A stretch of DNA of 64,000 bases from Candidatus Dojkabacteria bacterium (GCA_025999215.1 AP024679.1:293645-357644); one strand, 5' to 3'. Counted from the stretch's first letter, positions 20,011 to 30,170 are shown. Program-made: numbers and translations. Notes: generated by a model from the letters alone, not told the origin.

Positions 20011-21711
20011 ATGTTTGTGTTTGTTAATCCAGCATGGGCACGAAGTGTTGCTGATATCCAAAATGAAATAAATCAACAAGAACAAGAGTTAGAAAATGTA
20101 AAAGAAACATTGGAAAATGCGTTAAAGCAGCTCCAAGATACTGAGAGTAAATTGAATAATCAACAATCAGAATTAGAAAAATTAAATTCTGAAATAAGTT
20201 TAATTGATCAGCAAATAAACATTAATAATGTAGAGTTAGAGATTTTAAAAAAAGAAATAGAGGTTAAGCAACTTGAAAAAATCAAAAGAGAAAAAATTTT
20301 AGAAAAAACTCTATCTAAAAATTACATGGATTGGAGAGCTAAGGATACTCAAATAGAAAAATTTTTATTAAAAAATAACATTGATAATTCAGAGAAACAT
20401 TGGCAATATGATTCATTTTTTGTGAGTATTCAACAACAAGGTATAGTATCCCTTTTGGAGACATTGCAAGATCTCAAAAAATTATCTTCTGAGTATGATA
20501 AAAAAATAGAAGAGTTACAAGCTCAAAACAGTGAACTTGAAGCAAAAAAACAAAAATTACAAGAAGAGCTTTTGGCATTACAAAATGCGATTTATGCTAC
20601 AAACAACAACATAGTATCTTTACAAAGCCAGCAACAAAATATCGAAAGTAAAATTAAAAATCTTCTTGAGGAACAAAAACAAGCTTTTGAGTACGAACGA
20701 AAAATCTTAGAACAAGATCCTGGTGGAGGTGGTGGAAATATTAACGAGGGTGAGTGGTTTTTTTATGGAAGTGGAAGAGATTTGTATCAAGGACATGGTG
20801 TAGGTATGAGTCAATGGGGTGCTCACGGTATGGCATTAAATGGTTTTACATATGATCAAATACTTAGTTTTTATTATGAAAATTCATATGTGCAGGGCGG
20901 TTTTTCAAAGCAAATTAATGTTGATGGATATGGAAGCATGGATATTGAAACTTATGTATCAGGCTTAGGTGAAGTTCCTAGCAAAGCTTGTGGGAATCCT
21001 GATCAAGTTCAATCTAATCCGGAAAAATATGTGATAGATGATCCAAACAATAGTTGGGATTGCTGGCCTGAAGAAGCCATTAAAGCTCAGGTAGTAGCTG
21101 CTAGAACCTATGCATGGTGGTATACCAGTGTGAGAGGTAGCATTTGCACTACAGCATCATGTCAGGTTTACAGTGGAGGTAATGGAAAAGCCTGGGCAGC
21201 ACAAGAAACTCAAGGAGAGCTAGTTCTTTATAATGGTTCTCCTATTGAAGCCGTATATTCTTCAGATAACAATCAAGGTTATGGTACGGCAGACAACGAT
21301 ACTATTTGGCAAAACATTTATGGAGACGGCACACCTTATCCATATTTAAGATCAAAAAATGATAATGATTATGCAACACCTACTCAATGGACTAATTGGA
21401 CTTATCAAACCTCTGGTTTTTTGAGTCAAGATATTAACGCTATGCTTAATTTTGTAGTCAATAATTCTAATTATTCTATAGGCGTTAAAAATGCTATTAG
21501 TAATATAATTAACGAAGTTGGAGAAATTGAAAGTTTAAGTTTTGTTAGAGATAATTCTTTAAGAGTTAAAAAAGTTATCTTGAAAGGAACCAATGGTGTA
21601 GAAAAAAGTATTGGTGGATGGTGGTTTAAAAATATTTGGAATACTTGGGCTTATGAGACTGGTAGAGGAGATTATATATATTCTCAGACGTTCTTTTTAT
21701 CAAGTAAATAA
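20011..21711 (+). CDS. SpoIID/LytB-domain (peptidoglycan-remodelling) protein with long N-terminal coiled coil
   Basis: GHGVGMSQWGAHGMALNG matches the SpoIID/LytB core. It is preceded by about 200 aa of Q/E/L-rich heptads and a Gly5 linker. Track ORF starts at 19858, overlapping the upstream gene by 113 nt. The ATG at 20011 (MFVFVNPAWA) is more plausible, but the true start is uncertain. Confidence 0.6.
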   Translation: MFVFVNPAWARSVADIQNEINQQEQELENVKETLENALKQLQDTESKLNNQQSELEKLNSEISLIDQQININNVELEILKKEIEVKQLEKIKREKILEKTLSKNYMDWRAKDTQIEKFLLKNNIDNSEKHWQYDSFFVSIQQQGIVSLLETLQDLKKLSSEYDKKIEELQAQNSELEAKKQKLQEELLALQNAIYATNNNIVSLQSQQQNIESKIKNLLEEQKQAFEYERKILEQDPGGGGGNINEGEWFFYGSGRDLYQGHGVGMSQWGAHGMALNGFTYDQILSFYYENSYVQGGFSKQINVDGYGSMDIETYVSGLGEVPSKACGNPDQVQSNPEKYVIDDPNNSWDCWPEEAIKAQVVAARTYAWWYTSVRGSICTTASCQVYSGGNGKAWAAQETQGELVLYNGSPIEAVYSSDNNQGYGTADNDTIWQNIYGDGTPYPYLRSKNDNDYATPTQWTNWTYQTSGFLSQDINAMLNFVVNNSNYSIGVKNAISNIINEVGEIESLSFVRDNSLRVKKVILKGTNGVEKSIGGWWFKNIWNTWAYETGRGDYIYSQTFFLSSK

Positions 21712-21749
21712 TTTACTTATACTTCTTTTTGTGCGATAATTTTCATTAA

Positions 21750-22547
21750 ATGAATAATAATTACAATAGTTCACCTAATTATTCTAATCCCAATCCTAAT
21801 ATGGTTCCTAATAGTGAGGGTATAGTTCCAGCTCCCATGCCGGTGCCAAATTATGGTTTTGAACCAAATCAACCGGCAGTCCCTATGGATCACTATGAAT
21901 ATCAAAAAAGATTGAGGGATATTAATTTACAAAGAGAAATTAGCGAAATAGAAAGAATTATACCAAGAAAGAAAAACTCCTCTTTTTCAAGTCTTGAGTT
22001 TAGACCCAAGCATGTTCATTTTGCAACTCAAAATCCCCAGGAAAAGGTTTATCTTTTAATAAGAAGGCATTGGATTACAAATTTAGGTTGGTTTTTGAGA
22101 TATACATTTTTGGCTTTTGTACCTCCTACTATATTTTTTATACTTAAATTTTTCGAGATAGAAACTGATCTGGTGACTCCGAGAGGGATTTTTTTATTTT
22201 TATTAGGTTTTTATTCTTTGATTATTACTAATTTTTTCTCACATTTTTTTGATTGGTATTTTGATCCATATATTTTAACTAACGAAAGAATAATAGGATA
22301 TGATTTTAAGCCTTTTACTTCTTTTTCTGTAACTGAAGCAACACTTGATAACATTGAGGATGTTCAAGAAAAATCTATTGGCCCCATAGCGAGTCTATTT
22401 CATTATGGAAATATCAGACTTTTGACTGCGTCTGAAAAAGGTGAGATTGTTTTTGAAGCTGTACCAAACCCTACGGAAGTTAGAGATATCATAGCTGATG
22501 TGACTAAGATATACAAAAAGTATAATTTAAATCAACACAATGATTGA
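21750..22547 (+). CDS. Membrane protein with bacterial PH (bPH_2/YdbS-like) domain and N/P-rich N-terminus
   Basis: N/P-rich low-complexity N-terminus, TM hairpin, then the bPH2-like pattern ...IRRHWITNLGWF...ILTNERIIGYDF. Confidence 0.4.
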   Translation: MNNNYNSSPNYSNPNPNMVPNSEGIVPAPMPVPNYGFEPNQPAVPMDHYEYQKRLRDINLQREISEIERIIPRKKNSSFSSLEFRPKHVHFATQNPQEKVYLLIRRHWITNLGWFLRYTFLAFVPPTIFFILKFFEIETDLVTPRGIFLFLLGFYSLIITNFFSHFFDWYFDPYILTNERIIGYDFKPFTSFSVTEATLDNIEDVQEKSIGPIASLFHYGNIRLLTASEKGEIVFEAVPNPTEVRDIIADVTKIYKKYNLNQHND

Positions 22548-22752
22548 GCAAAGTTTAATAATAATAGACGCAATTAAAATAGCTGCTATTGTTTTTGCAG
22601 TTGGGCATTTTTTAGCGGGATTACTTTTATTTCGCGATATGATAAGAATAAATAAATCATTAAAAACCAAAAATTCTTCTTTTTTCAATTTGTTAAGTTT
22701 TATTTACTTACTGTTTCTCCTTTTTGTGTTAATCATATTTATTTTAGCTTAA
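22540..22752 (+). CDS. Small hydrophobic protein (hypothetical)
   Basis: 70 aa, two TM segments. Start overlaps the upstream stop (ATGATTGA). Confidence 0.3.
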   Translation: MIEQSLIIIDAIKIAAIVFAVGHFLAGLLLFRDMIRINKSLKTKNSSFFNLLSFIYLLFLLFVLIIFILA

Positions 22753-22814
22753 TTGGTAGTATTTTACCTTTTGATAGCATCTGATATACTGTTGTAAAGT
22801 TAGGTTTTTAAGTT

Positions 22815-25181
22815 ATGGATATTAAGGCTGAGTTTATTGTAGGTAAACAAACGCCCAGACAGTGGTCTGGGGTTTATGGTTATGTTCCAGAAGAAAAAAG
22901 TGTTTTAGAAACCCGAGGAAGTTTGTGTGTGGTGATATCTCTTAAATCTGAAAATGATTCGGTTGTACTAGAGCATGTAGCTTCTTTTTCTCTAGATGAA
23001 TTACAAAGATATATCTATGAAGAAGATTTTAATAATTCCTATCTTGAGCATCTTGAAGAAGCTATGTTTGCTATGAAAAATAGGCTTTTAACTGTTGTTG
23101 ATAAAGAAGAGAGTTTAAAAGATGGTGTTGACTTTGAGATGGCCGTGGGAATTTATTTTAACGATTATGCTTATTTTGCGAGTGTTGGTGAGGCAGGCAT
23201 TTATTTGTTGAGAAATGAAAATTTGGTTTGTGTTTCTGATGCTTTGATTGATTCAAGTATGCAAGGCTTTTTTAGAACAGGAAGCTTGATGATTGAACCG
23301 CTAGATACGTTTTTGTTATGCACTTCAAAATTTGTAAATGAAGGTGAAGAAGTTGTTAGAAAAGTGTTAAAAGATAAAGATTTAGAAAAACCAACAAGTG
23401 ATTTTATACACAAACCAGGTATTGCGGGCATGCTTGTTGCTGATATTGAGGTAATGAAAAATTTTGCTTCAGAATCTGAGGATGAATCAAAAGAAAGAGT
23501 AGACGTGATTGATGCAAAAGAGATTGAGTTAGAAAAAGCAGAAGAGCACAGTAAAGATCAATTGTTAAAAACTTTTGAGAATACAGATAGTGATGAAATC
23601 AAAGATGAATCAGATGTAAATGAAAAAATTAATCAAACTATAGAAAATGATGACTTGGATGATGGGGTTGAAAATAAAAAAGTTTCAGATTTAAATCAAT
23701 TGACAACATTTCAAGAATATTTTGAGAATTTAAGAAATAAATTAAAGGGTCTGTTTGGTAAAATTTTGCCAGGTTTAAAAAATTTAAACTCGATTTTTAA
23801 AAGTAAAGTTGTTAAGCATTTTAAAGATAATAAAAAAACTTACGCTCAATTTTTGAAAAGCATATATACAAATTTAATTACATTTGGCTCAAAAGTGGCG
23901 GATTTGTTTAAAAGAGAGGTTTTGGGAGTCGGTTATCAAGATAGAAGAAATGCTTTTGATAGAGCAAAAAGAATAAGGAGAAATAGAAGAATATTTGCGG
24001 GTGCTTTGGTAATACTAATTATTTTTACATACTTTTTCATATCAAGAACAATTCAAAATAACAAAATTCAAGCGGAAAGACGCGAAATTGAAGCCAGGTA
24101 TCAAGTTTTACAATCTGAGGTTGAGTCATTGAAATCAGAGGCTTTGGCAACCAAAAATCAAGATGTTGATAAAAAAGTATTGGTTTTGAACGAAATAGAT
24201 AAATTAACTAAAGAAGTTGAAGATGCAACACCAGAAGATTATATGAGTGATGCTTTTAGTAGCTTAAATGAAGCTTTGAGTGAAGTGCGTGATGATTTAC
24301 TTTTGATTGATAGAATCAGAGAGCCTCAAGTGATAGCAGATTTTGGCGCAGTATTTGAGGATGTTGATTTAAGAGACATTGCTTACTCTAATGGTGGCAT
24401 TTTTGTAAGTGATTATTTAAGAAATGTTGTTTATAAACTTTCAACTAATTTGTCGTCTGAACCAGTAGAGCATATTTCAAATTTGGTTAAACCTGAGTTT
24501 TTAGTTACAAGTAGCAGTGGAGATTTAATTGTTTATGATAATGATGAAATAAGTGGTATAGCTAGGTTCTCTCCAAATGAAAGTAATTCTTTAAGTAGGT
24601 TTAGTGGCTTGTTAGCAAGGAGAGATATTGGAAGTGTTGCCGAGGTTGGCTTGTATCTCAACACAGATGGACTTTATGAGTTAAAAACATCCAATGAACA
24701 AATTTATAAAAGAGAAAAGTCAGGTGATACCTATCTTGGTGGCGGAGCATTGTTTGTTAGTTCAAATCCTCCAAATTGGAAAAATGATCCAGAATTATCA
24801 AGAGCAATAGATATAGCTGTTCCGTTTGAGATTTATGTTTTGATTGATGGAGGTGGGATTAGAAGATATCTTGGAGGAGGTGATAACACACTTGTGTATG
24901 AGAGTTTTGTGAATTTATTGAGATCTGATTTTGAGAGTTTTAAAAATGCAAGTAGCATTGATGTGAGTAGCCAATTTATGGCAGTGTCGGATCCACAAAA
25001 TAGAAGAGTTATGATTTTTCAAATTTCTGATACTCCTGAAAAATTTTTAACCTTGGTTACACAATTTGTTTATGATGGAACAGAGGATTATTTTAATAAT
25101 TTGCAAGAGGTTGTAATCAATGAAATAGACAGGCAAGTTTATGTGCTTGATGGTGAAAAGGTAATAAGGTTAGATTTTTAA
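22815..25181 (+). CDS. Large hypothetical membrane protein: N-terminal globular domain, acidic linker, one TM (~residue 395), coiled coil, beta-rich C-domain
   Basis: 788-aa [26 protein letters not shown]. No catalytic motif recognised. Confidence 0.45.
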   Translation: MDIKAEFIVGKQTPRQWSGVYGYVPEEKSVLETRGSLCVVISLKSENDSVVLEHVASFSLDELQRYIYEEDFNNSYLEHLEEAMFAMKNRLLTVVDKEESLKDGVDFEMAVGIYFNDYAYFASVGEAGIYLLRNENLVCVSDALIDSSMQGFFRTGSLMIEPLDTFLLCTSKFVNEGEEVVRKVLKDKDLEKPTSDFIHKPGIAGMLVADIEVMKNFASESEDESKERVDVIDAKEIELEKAEEHSKDQLLKTFENTDSDEIKDESDVNEKINQTIENDDLDDGVENKKVSDLNQLTTFQEYFENLRNKLKGLFGKILPGLKNLNSIFKSKVVKHFKDNKKTYAQFLKSIYTNLITFGSKVADLFKREVLGVGYQDRRNAFDRAKRIRRNRRIFAGALVILIIFTYFFISRTIQNNKIQAERREIEARYQVLQSEVESLKSEALATKNQDVDKKVLVLNEIDKLTKEVEDATPEDYMSDAFSSLNEALSEVRDDLLLIDRIREPQVIADFGAVFEDVDLRDIAYSNGGIFVSDYLRNVVYKLSTNLSSEPVEHISNLVKPEFLVTSSSGDLIVYDNDEISGIARFSPNESNSLSRFSGLLARRDIGSVAEVGLYLNTDGLYELKTSNEQIYKREKSGDTYLGGGALFVSSNPPNWKNDPELSRAIDIAVPFEIYVLIDGGGIRRYLGGGDNTLVYESFVNLLRSDFESFKNASSIDVSSQFMAVSDPQNRRVMIFQISDTPEKFLTLVTQFVYDGTEDYFNNLQEVVINEIDRQVYVLDGEKVIRLDF

Positions 25182-25183
25182 TA

Positions 25184-25637
25184 ATGAAAGTACTTTCAAC
25201 TAACAAACAAGCAAAACGAAATTATGAGTTTATAGAAAAGTTTGAAGCAGGAATAGTTTTAGAAGGCTGGGAGGTAAAATCAATCAAAGCAGGGTAGTGT
25301 ATCTATAGATGGTTCTTATGCTTATGTCAAAGAAAATGAAGTATTTGTTAAGAAGGTGAAAGTATATCCGTTAATGTCCGCGGGTAAAGTTCCTGAGGCT
25401 CAAACGGAACGCGATAGGAAGTTGCTACTTAAGAAAAATGAAATCAACAAAATTAAAACTTTACTGAAAAATATAGGTTATACTTTAGTTGTCAGTCAGT
25501 TGTTCCTTGCTAATTCGGGTTTTATCAAGGTTGAAGTGGTGGTTTCTAAAGGGCTCAAAAAATATGAAAAAAGAGAACGGAAAAAGGAGAAAGATTTAAA
25601 AAGAAAATTAGAAGCTGATAGAAAATATTATGGATAA
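25184..25637 (+). pseudogene. smpB: SsrA-binding protein SmpB, split by a 1-nt frameshift
   Basis: 25184-25297 encodes [40 protein letters not shown]. The +1 frame continues [66 protein letters not shown]... (track ORF 25356-25637). Both halves align to SmpB. The break is at a GGG run near 25292-25295. Confidence 0.75.
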
Positions 25638-25857
25638 TAACATACAAATCACAAAAGAATTGTTAGCTAAATACAGTTTTACCTTTTATGCATACGACGA
25701 AAAAGGAGAACCGCTGTTTACTGCTCCCAATGGGCAAATAGTCGGGTTTAATCTAGTCAGAAATTTTATAATTGAGCAAGAAAACAAGTTGAAACAAAGT
25801 CAACTGGTAGGAAGTGGCGGTGGTATTGAAAGCATGCCCAAGTCTGCCTACAGTTAA
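25630..25857 (+). CDS. Hypothetical small protein
   Basis: 75-aa ORF overlapping the smpB stop (ATGGATAA). No motif. Confidence 0.3.
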   Translation: MDNNIQITKELLAKYSFTFYAYDEKGEPLFTAPNGQIVGFNLVRNFIIEQENKLKQSQLVGSGGGIESMPKSAYS

Positions 25858-26019
25858 TCAAAACATTGATCAAAATACCAAAGAGGAAGGTCTGATTCAA
25901 ATTTTGAAAATAACTTAGAAAGAGCATCGGAAAGACCAGAAAAAGAGGAAAATCAAGAAAATGAAAATGATAAAAATCAAAATCAAAATCAAACGAAAAT
26001 TTTTACTGTAACACCCAAA

Positions 26020-26217
26020 ATGGCAGCGGCCCCAAAAAGTGTACCTTTTGGTGATGGGTTTACACCTTCAAAGTTTGATCCAAGCTCATTGCAAGATACA
26101 AAAAGGTTTGTGCAACAAAATAAGAAGCAAGGGAATAGTAACAGCAATAAATGGTTGGCGGTTTTGTTTGAAAAATTTGTGAAAGAATACGAGGATCAAT
26201 TAAACAATAATAAATAA
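26020..26217 (+). CDS. Hypothetical small basic protein
   Basis: 65-aa ORF immediately upstream of the large ATPase. Confidence 0.3.
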   Translation: MAAAPKSVPFGDGFTPSKFDPSSLQDTKRFVQQNKKQGNSNSNKWLAVLFEKFVKEYEDQLNNNK

Positions 26218-26218
26218 G

Positions 26219-28669
26219 TTGTATATGTTAGTTAAGATGGATATAATCAACACTGCTATTATAATTTTATATTTTATAATAGGAATACTTCTTGGAAGTA
26301 TTGTAGCTTACTTTTTGTTAAAATACGCGCTTAAGAAAACACATGAAGCAGTTTTGAGAAGAAAACATAGAAATTTGGTTTTCTTTGAAGTTAAATTACC
26401 TGCAAACAACGAGTTTGAGATAAAAGTGGCAGAGCAAATGTTTGCTGGTTTGATGAGTATTTCACCAAAAATTAAAGGAATAAAAAAATATTTTAATGCT
26501 AAGGCTTTCGTAAGTTTTGAGGTGGTAGCATTTAAAGATAATATTAAGTTTTATGTAGCTTGTCCAAAAAGAATAGCGGGAATAGTCGATAAGCAAATTA
26601 ATGGAACTTATACATCTGCTGATATTAAGCTGGTTAAAGAATATAATTTATTTCCTGACGATTCAAAAGTGGCTTACGCGGCTTTGAAACTAGATAAGCA
26701 TCATAGAATACCCATCAGAACTTATGAGGATTTGCCTGTAGATACATTGTCAACTTTGCTAGATGCGTTTAGTAAAATTCAGTTTAATGAAGCAGCGGCA
26801 TTTCAAGTTGTAATTACTCCAGCTGGTTCTGAATGGCGTAATCAATCTAAAAAATATATTAAAAAGCTTAGAGAGGTACCAGAAGGAGAAGATGGAAAAA
26901 CTAAGAAAAAACCTGAGCTTGATGATGATACTATTCAACTTATTGACCAAAAAGCATCGAAACCGGGTTTTTATGTAGATGTTAGGTTGGTTGCAGTTAG
27001 TGAAGATAAAGAGTCAGCCGAAATGCATTTGAGTAATATGATGAGTTCAATAGATCACTATGTAAAAGAAGGTGGAAACAGATTTAAGAAATTAGAAAAG
27101 AAAAAAATTAAAAATATAGTTGATGATTTCATCTATAGAATACCTAGAGAAACTATGATATTAAACACGGAAGAACTAGCTACTCTTTATCACTTCCCAA
27201 ACAAAAATATAACTACTCCTCATGTAAATTGGCTTTTATCTAAAAAAGCGCCAGCTCCGGATTTTGTAGAGGCTGAATTTAAAGAAGATTATATGTATAT
27301 TGGGAGAAATACTTTTAGGGGAAAAGAACGGGAGATTTTTATCAAACCAGAGGATAGGCTTAGGCATATGTACATAATCGGTCAAACTGGTACCGGAAAA
27401 TCAGGTTTTATGGTAGGTATGATGACAAGAGATATTAAGCTTGGACATGGTTGTGGTTTTATTGACCCTCATGGAAGTGATGCAGAAAAAATACTTCAAC
27501 AGGTTCCTCCTGATCGTGCTGATGATGTAGTATTTTTTGATCCATCAGATATGGAAAGGCCATTCGGTTTGAACATGCTTGAATATGAATCAGAAGGGCA
27601 GAAAGCAAAAGCTTTAGATGAATTATTGTCTATTTTTGATACTTTGTTTGATTTGAGGCAAACAGGAGGACCAATATTTTATCAATATTTTCGTTATGGA
27701 GTATTACTTTTATTATCAGATCCAGACTCAGGTGCGACAGTGTTAGAAGTTCCAAAGATCTTATCTGATGATGCTTATAGAAAGTACAAGCTATCTAGGT
27801 GTCCAGATAAAGAGATTGTTGCATTTTGGGAAAAACAAGCTGAAGCAGCGGGAGGAGAAGCCTCTCTAAAAAACTTGGTTCCTTATATTACTTCCAAATT
27901 ATCTCCATTTGTTACCAACCCTTATGTGCGACCAATTGTTGCACAACAAAAATCAACACTAGATTTTAAAGATATTATGGATAGTAAAAAAATTTTGATA
28001 GCCAAATTATCAAAAGGAAAGATTGGAGATTACAATGCTTATCTTTTAGGAATGATTTTAATTGGAAAATTGCTTGTTACTGCGTTGAGTAGAGAAGAAA
28101 AATCGGAAAGTGAGAGAGTTCCTTTTTACTTGTACATTGATGAGTTTCAAAATTTTTTGACGGAATCTATTCAAACAATTTTGTCGGAAGCTAGAAAGTA
28201 TAAATTGTCTCTCACTATTGCACACCAGTACATTAGTCAGTTGGTTAAAAATAACGATACTAGAATTAGAGATTCAATTTTTGGTAATGTTGGTAATAAG
28301 GCTGTTTTTAGAGTTGGTACCGAAGATGCAAAATTTTTGGAACATGAGTTTGAAGGTGTGTTTGATAAAAATGATTTAATTAAGGTTGAAAATTTCACTT
28401 TTTATTTGAAGATGTTATCTGGTGGACAACCCACACCACCTTTTTCAGTAAGATCTTTTTATGGTGACTCAAAATACGATATGATAGGTAAACCTAATCC
28501 TGAGTTAGCTCAGATAATCAAAGAAATATCGAGGCTAAAATACGGAAAGCCTAGAGAGCTGGTAGAGAAAGAAATAGAAATGAGGACAGAAGAGGCTCAT
28601 AAAAAGGGTGAAGAAATAATTAAGAAAAACAAATCTTCTTCAGGCTTCGGCGGTTTCGGTGGATTTTGA
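26219..28669 (+). CDS. VirD4/TrwB/TraD-like type IV coupling-protein-family ATPase with N-terminal TM anchor and 370-aa N-extension
   Basis: Walker A YIIGQTGTGKSGF. FIDPHGSD (compare TrwB IVDPNGD). Walker B LYIDEFQNF. Motif LTIAHQYISQL (compare T4CP/FtsK-HerA QSxSQL). One TM at residues 8-30. C-terminus is GFGGFGGF. Confidence 0.55.
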   Translation: MYMLVKMDIINTAIIILYFIIGILLGSIVAYFLLKYALKKTHEAVLRRKHRNLVFFEVKLPANNEFEIKVAEQMFAGLMSISPKIKGIKKYFNAKAFVSFEVVAFKDNIKFYVACPKRIAGIVDKQINGTYTSADIKLVKEYNLFPDDSKVAYAALKLDKHHRIPIRTYEDLPVDTLSTLLDAFSKIQFNEAAAFQVVITPAGSEWRNQSKKYIKKLREVPEGEDGKTKKKPELDDDTIQLIDQKASKPGFYVDVRLVAVSEDKESAEMHLSNMMSSIDHYVKEGGNRFKKLEKKKIKNIVDDFIYRIPRETMILNTEELATLYHFPNKNITTPHVNWLLSKKAPAPDFVEAEFKEDYMYIGRNTFRGKEREIFIKPEDRLRHMYIIGQTGTGKSGFMVGMMTRDIKLGHGCGFIDPHGSDAEKILQQVPPDRADDVVFFDPSDMERPFGLNMLEYESEGQKAKALDELLSIFDTLFDLRQTGGPIFYQYFRYGVLLLLSDPDSGATVLEVPKILSDDAYRKYKLSRCPDKEIVAFWEKQAEAAGGEASLKNLVPYITSKLSPFVTNPYVRPIVAQQKSTLDFKDIMDSKKILIAKLSKGKIGDYNAYLLGMILIGKLLVTALSREEKSESERVPFYLYIDEFQNFLTESIQTILSEARKYKLSLTIAHQYISQLVKNNDTRIRDSIFGNVGNKAVFRVGTEDAKFLEHEFEGVFDKNDLIKVENFTFYLKMLSGGQPTPPFSVRSFYGDSKYDMIGKPNPELAQIIKEISRLKYGKPRELVEKEIEMRTEEAHKKGEEIIKKNKSSSGFGGFGGF

Positions 28670-28716
28670 TTAGAGCTTGTAGAAATTTTTTCAATAAATT
28701 GTTAAAATATTACAGT

Positions 28717-28793
28717 GCTCCTGTAGCTCAGTTGGTTAGAGCACGGTTCTTATAAAGCCGGGGTCAGTGGTTCGAGTCCACTCAGGAGTACCA
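28717..28793 (+). tRNA. tRNA-Ile (anticodon UAU), CCA encoded
   Basis: Cloverleaf: acceptor GCUCCUG/CAGGAGU; anticodon stem CGGUU/AGCCG with loop CUUAUAA (UAU); T-arm AGUGG-UUCGAGU-CCACU; 3' ACCA. Confidence 0.75.
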
Positions 28794-28796
28794 AAC

Positions 28797-29663
28797 CTAC
28801 ACTTCATAAATCTTATCTTTTCCTGAAGGTTTGTATTTCTTAGAAAGGAGTGATAAATATTTTTGAGTTGTGCTTTCTGATTTATGACCTACAATTTGAG
28901 CGAGGTAACTAGTAGAAACGCCTTGAGATAGTTGATGAACAATAAAGGTATTTCTGATATCGTTTACGCAGACGTTTTTCAAATTAGCTTTAGCTATAGC
29001 TCTATCAATTGAATTTCTAATATTTCTAATTTGAATAGGTTGACCAGTTCTGGTAAAAAATAAAGGATGGTTATTATCTTTATCGGCACAATGTTTTTCA
29101 AGATATGATTTTAATACGTAAAATAGCTTATCGTTGATCGGTATAACCCTCTTTTCATTTGATCCGTAAGGTTCTATAGTTATTTCTTTTTTAGACATAT
29201 CCACATCTTTAATTTTGAGGTTTGCAAGTTCAGCTATCCTGATTCCTGTTTGAAGCAATGTTTCAATTATTACAAATAATCTTTCATTTTGCCTACTAAC
29301 TTCTTTGAGTGCTAGATATTCTGTTGGTTTTAAAATTCTTTTTTTCTTGTTAATGTATTTAGGATGTTCCACTTCTAATGCAGGATTGTATTTTATTTTT
29401 TTTGTTGTTATTAAAAAATTAAAAAATGTTCTATAACTATTAAGTTTACGAGAAATTGTTTTAGGGGAAAGTCCTTTCTGTTCTTTTAAAAAAATCAAAG
29501 CATTTTTTATATCTTTGGTTTCAAATTGTGGTAAATCTTTTTGGACGTTTGTTTCTGCAAGTTGTTCGATATCTTTTTTATATGCAATAATGGTATTGGG
29601 AGACATTTTTTGTTTTTCTAAGTAGCTTGTGAAGCTTGCGACTAGTTCGTTAGTTGTATTCAT
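28797..29663 (-). CDS. Tyrosine recombinase (XerC/XerD/phage-integrase family)
   Basis: 288 aa with the C-terminal catalytic ...VGHKSESTTQKYLSL (H-x-x-R...Y) signature and the N-terminal core-binding motif (SPNTIIAYKKDIEQL). Its stop is 3 nt from the tRNA-Ile(UAU) 3' end. Confidence 0.75.
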   Translation of the reverse strand: MNTTNELVASFTSYLEKQKMSPNTIIAYKKDIEQLAETNVQKDLPQFETKDIKNALIFLKEQKGLSPKTISRKLNSYRTFFNFLITTKKIKYNPALEVEHPKYINKKKRILKPTEYLALKEVSRQNERLFVIIETLLQTGIRIAELANLKIKDVDMSKKEITIEPYGSNEKRVIPINDKLFYVLKSYLEKHCADKDNNHPLFFTRTGQPIQIRNIRNSIDRAIAKANLKNVCVNDIRNTFIVHQLSQGVSTSYLAQIVGHKSESTTQKYLSLLSKKYKPSGKDKIYEV

Positions 29664-29726
29664 GATAGTATGTTATAGGGTAACTGCGGTGATATTAACA
29701 TACTAAAATAAAGTTATCAATTAAAT

Positions 29727-30143
29727 ATGAGAAAAAAAATCTTTTTTTTGAAATTAAAACTTAATCAAATTTTTAAAAACATTGAACTAGATGGCATCGC
29801 TCTAACTTTTATATTGTTTTTATTTTCAATAATTTTATTCTTACAAATTATAAGTGTTGTGAATCGAGCCAAGTATAACTACGATGTTTATGTTTATGAA
29901 AAAAACACTTTGAGTGAGTTAAAGTCAAAATTAGAAGAGACAATTGATGAGCTAGATTATGTAAGTTCGGAGGAGTATCAAACTTTATTGTTGAGAGATG
30001 CGTATTCATTTGCGTCGGATAGACAGATATTGTTTAGAGAAAATAATGTTTCAAGTGTTGCAACTATCAATGAAAAAGAGTATTTGAAAATTGATGATAC
30101 CAAGGAATTCTATACAGTATGGTGGAAAGATTTGATTTTTTAA
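29727..30143 (+). CDS. FtsB/DivIC-like septum-formation initiator (putative)
   Basis: N-terminal TM, short coiled coil, C-terminal ...LLLRDAYSFASDRQILFRE resembling the FtsB/DivIC conserved tail. Confidence 0.4.
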   Translation: MRKKIFFLKLKLNQIFKNIELDGIALTFILFLFSIILFLQIISVVNRAKYNYDVYVYEKNTLSELKSKLEETIDELDYVSSEEYQTLLLRDAYSFASDRQILFRENNVSSVATINEKEYLKIDDTKEFYTVWWKDLIF

Positions 30144-30170
30144 GCTAAAAGTATTATAATTAGCTGTTGA

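Noticed and set aside
28797-29663. Recombinase as the boundary of an integrated element containing the pilin/T4CP block
   Set aside because: With int's 3' end at the tRNA, an island would extend rightwards, where only core genes lie (ftsB-like, tRNAs, ftsH, polA). I noticed no direct repeat of the tRNA 3' end. It is kept as an open question under findings, not called a mobile element.
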